Assembly (NCBI RefSeq): GCF_009914755.1
Contig: NC_060929.1
Direction: 5' to 3' (one strand)
Length of the DNA stretch: 64,000 nt
From: the human T2T-CHM13v2.0 reference genome, Homo sapiens
Below are positions 61,727 to 64,000 of this stretch, one piece after another; positions within the stretch are counted from its first letter, which is position 1; each line of letters opens with the position of its first letter. A program made the position numbers and the translations under genes. The notes below the pieces were generated by a model that saw nothing but the letters and a program-made list of their open reading frames with translations, made no database searches and was not told the DNA's origin.

Positions 61727-62173
61727 TGTATTAGTCTGTTCTCACACTGCTGTAAAGATGCTACCTGAGATCGGGTAATTTATAAACAAAAGAGGTTTAG
61801 TTGATTCACATTTAAAAGTTACCAAAACAAACAATATATTGGAATAGAAAATAAGATATAAAATGTCAGAGGACAAAAATAAAAATGTTTTAATTTGAGA
61901 TTCTCTTTCACACTGCGTGGCTGGAGAAGCCTCAGGAAACTTACAATCAGGAGAAGGGGAAACAAGGCATGTCTTACATGGAGGCAGGAGAGAGACCAAG
62001 AGCTGCCACACCCTTTTAAACCATCAGATCTCGTGAGAACTCACTATCATGAGAACAACAGGGGGGAAACCGCCCCAATCATACAATCACCTCCCACCAG
62101 GTCCCCGCCTTGACATGTGGGGATTACAATTCAGGATGAGATTTGGGTGGGGTCACAGAACCAAACCACATCA
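61727..62173 (-). mobile_element. MSTA-like MaLR solo LTR carrying a 105-bp foreign insert
   Basis: tgtattagtctgttctcacactgctg...aaaccacatca; TSD g(a/g)ggc. Confidence 0.9.
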
Positions 62174-62925
62174 GGGGCTATCACATTTGGATCCAGACAG
62201 AATTAGGTAGGGCTCCTGTCAGGTTGGTGTCCTTACCTATTTGTGTCTCCCATTTCCTAGTCTGTCTCATGAGGTCAGCACTTCACAGGGTGATTATGAA
62301 GATGAATGAAGGTCAAAACCTTAACATGAGGTCTAGCACATGATAGGCACTCAGTAAATGCTGCCCATTTCCATATCTTAAACAAACAAACAAACAAACA
62401 GACAACTCTCGCTCCTCACTGGTTCTATGCACTTAAATGTTTTAAAATTATCCATGGCAAGGAGTTTATATACAGTGTGAGGAAGGCAAATAGTTCAATT
62501 GAATCCCCATTGAGGGTATTACTTGCCCCGTATTGGGACTTTTATCATCCCTGTTAGGCACTTGCACTTGTACTATTCTTGTAAATAAATAAAATGTTCT
62601 AATTCTGAACTTACTGATAAATAGACTATGAAAATGACCTTTTTAAAGAAATTAGTTTTGGAAGTAAGAAAATGCATAGCCCAATTCTTATATTCTTAGA
62701 GAGAGTAGGTTCTGAGAGACTGATACCACTAAAATCCATGGTGTTCATCTCTGTCCTTGCAATGATACATAATATATTCATATTTTTGGATTGATAGAAA
62801 ACTATGTTAGCTTTGTTTTCATGTAAAGTGTGAAAGAAATCTCAAAACATTTTTATTTTCATCCTCTGACTTTTTATATCTTATTTTCTATTCCAATATA
62901 TTATTTGTTTTGGTAACTTTTAAAT
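61810..62925. repeat. Inverted repeat pair of ~100 bp (61810-61914 and 62827-62925)
   Basis: Direct reverse-complement alignment: 4 substitutions, one 5-nt and one 1-nt indel. Confidence 0.95.
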
Positions 62926-63587
62926 CACTGCTGAGAGCCCATAATTTAAACTGAATTTATTTAAATAACTGCAGAATGTTTTGTACGTACTAGGATTTTT
63001 TTTTTTTTTGTATTTGGTAGTCATTCAGTAACTATTTGCTGATTTGAATATTTTAATTAGAAAGAAGATGAGAAGCAGTGTCTTTATGCCATTTTGGTGA
63101 ATCCATGAGTCTTATTGATAAAAGGATTTAAGCCAGAGGGCTATCCAAAAAAGGGTAAGATATTAAACTCCACAGGTAGGAGGAAAGAGTGTGCTAGGGA
63201 TAACAACCCTTATAGTATGAGATTTAGGGTCTTGACAGATAGAGAAAGTGGATTAAAGAGGACATGAAAGCAAATGCGCCTATTCAGCTGCTGATCAGAA
63301 AATGACAGATGGATTCACTAAGAAAGTTGAAATGGCACACCAGAAGGAGAAAACAATACTATTATTTAAGATAATAGAGACATTCTTCACAGATCGTTTC
63401 TGGAAAAACCAGCAGGCAAGTTTATCCCTTGATTGAGGAACTGAATACTTTCAATCAAAGCACAATGAGTTCACCTAATAAAAGTTTTCAGAACAAAAGT
63501 AAAGAAAAATAGAAGAAATTACAGGTGGCAAGCCTTTTACTTTTGTTCATTTGGCAGTGCCATTGAGCAATTACATTAACTACCTTC

Positions 63588-64000
63588 AGGCATTGTCTCT
63601 CAAAGCCTGGTGCGGGATCACTGGAGTCCCCAGAGACCCTTTCAGAGTTCAATGAGGTCAACATAATCTTCATAATAATACAAAGATGTTATTTGCATTT
63701 ATCATGTCATTTTTTCAAAACTACACAGAGACGTTTTTTTCTAGAGGCTACATAAAGTGTGGTATCATAACAGATTGAATTCAGAAGTAGATATGTGACT
63801 GTAGCTATCTTCTGTTTACTAAACATACTAAAGATACTTCCAAAAGTATAAACAATACCACTTCTCTATTTGTTGTTGTTCATTTTCAAAAGATAATTAT
63901 TTTATATTTAAAAAGACATGTTATTTACATTAACACATGATAGGCTTATTATTCTTGTATGACAAGTTAATAAGTATATGTTTTTAATTCTCAGTTTTAA
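63588..64000 (+). mobile_element. hAT-Charlie DNA transposon fragment (Charlie4a-like), runs off the window
   Basis: gagaccctttcag...gaggtcaac...ttcataataata...agaggctacat...aacagattgaattcagaagtagatatg. Confidence 0.7.

Overview
Primate (human-like) genomic DNA, AT-rich and dominated by interspersed repeats, consistent with an intergenic region or deep intron. I find no credible protein-coding gene, RNA gene, CRISPR array or CpG island. Nearly all listed ORFs are chance read-throughs of Alu, L1 or LTR sequence; the one family-recognisable ORF is the MaLR internal ORF remnant of a THE1 element. Contents: about 32 Alu copies or fragments; a complete ~12-kb MER31/MER67-like (MER4-group ERV1) provirus with both LTRs, a tRNA-Ser-type PBS and many nested insertions (MSTB, a full THE1, a truncated LTR12F, six Alus); an LTR12 solo LTR inside an MSTA; L1PA8 and old L1M/L2/MIR/MLT1/hAT fragments; and a CTCF-like site. 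The most unusual sequence-level observations are non-canonical junctions: a ~100-bp inverted templated copy inside an MSTA LTR (61810-61914, source 62827-62925), a U3-only LTR12F flanked by a 24-bp duplication, a 331-bp tailless insert with a 16-bp TSD carrying an open symmetric exon-like cassette, a tailless internally deleted Alu in a 60-bp-spaced inverted pair, and a trimeric Alu. I cannot support a claim of a new biological system. Repeat subfamily names come from remembered consensus sequences and need RepeatMasker/Dfam confirmation.
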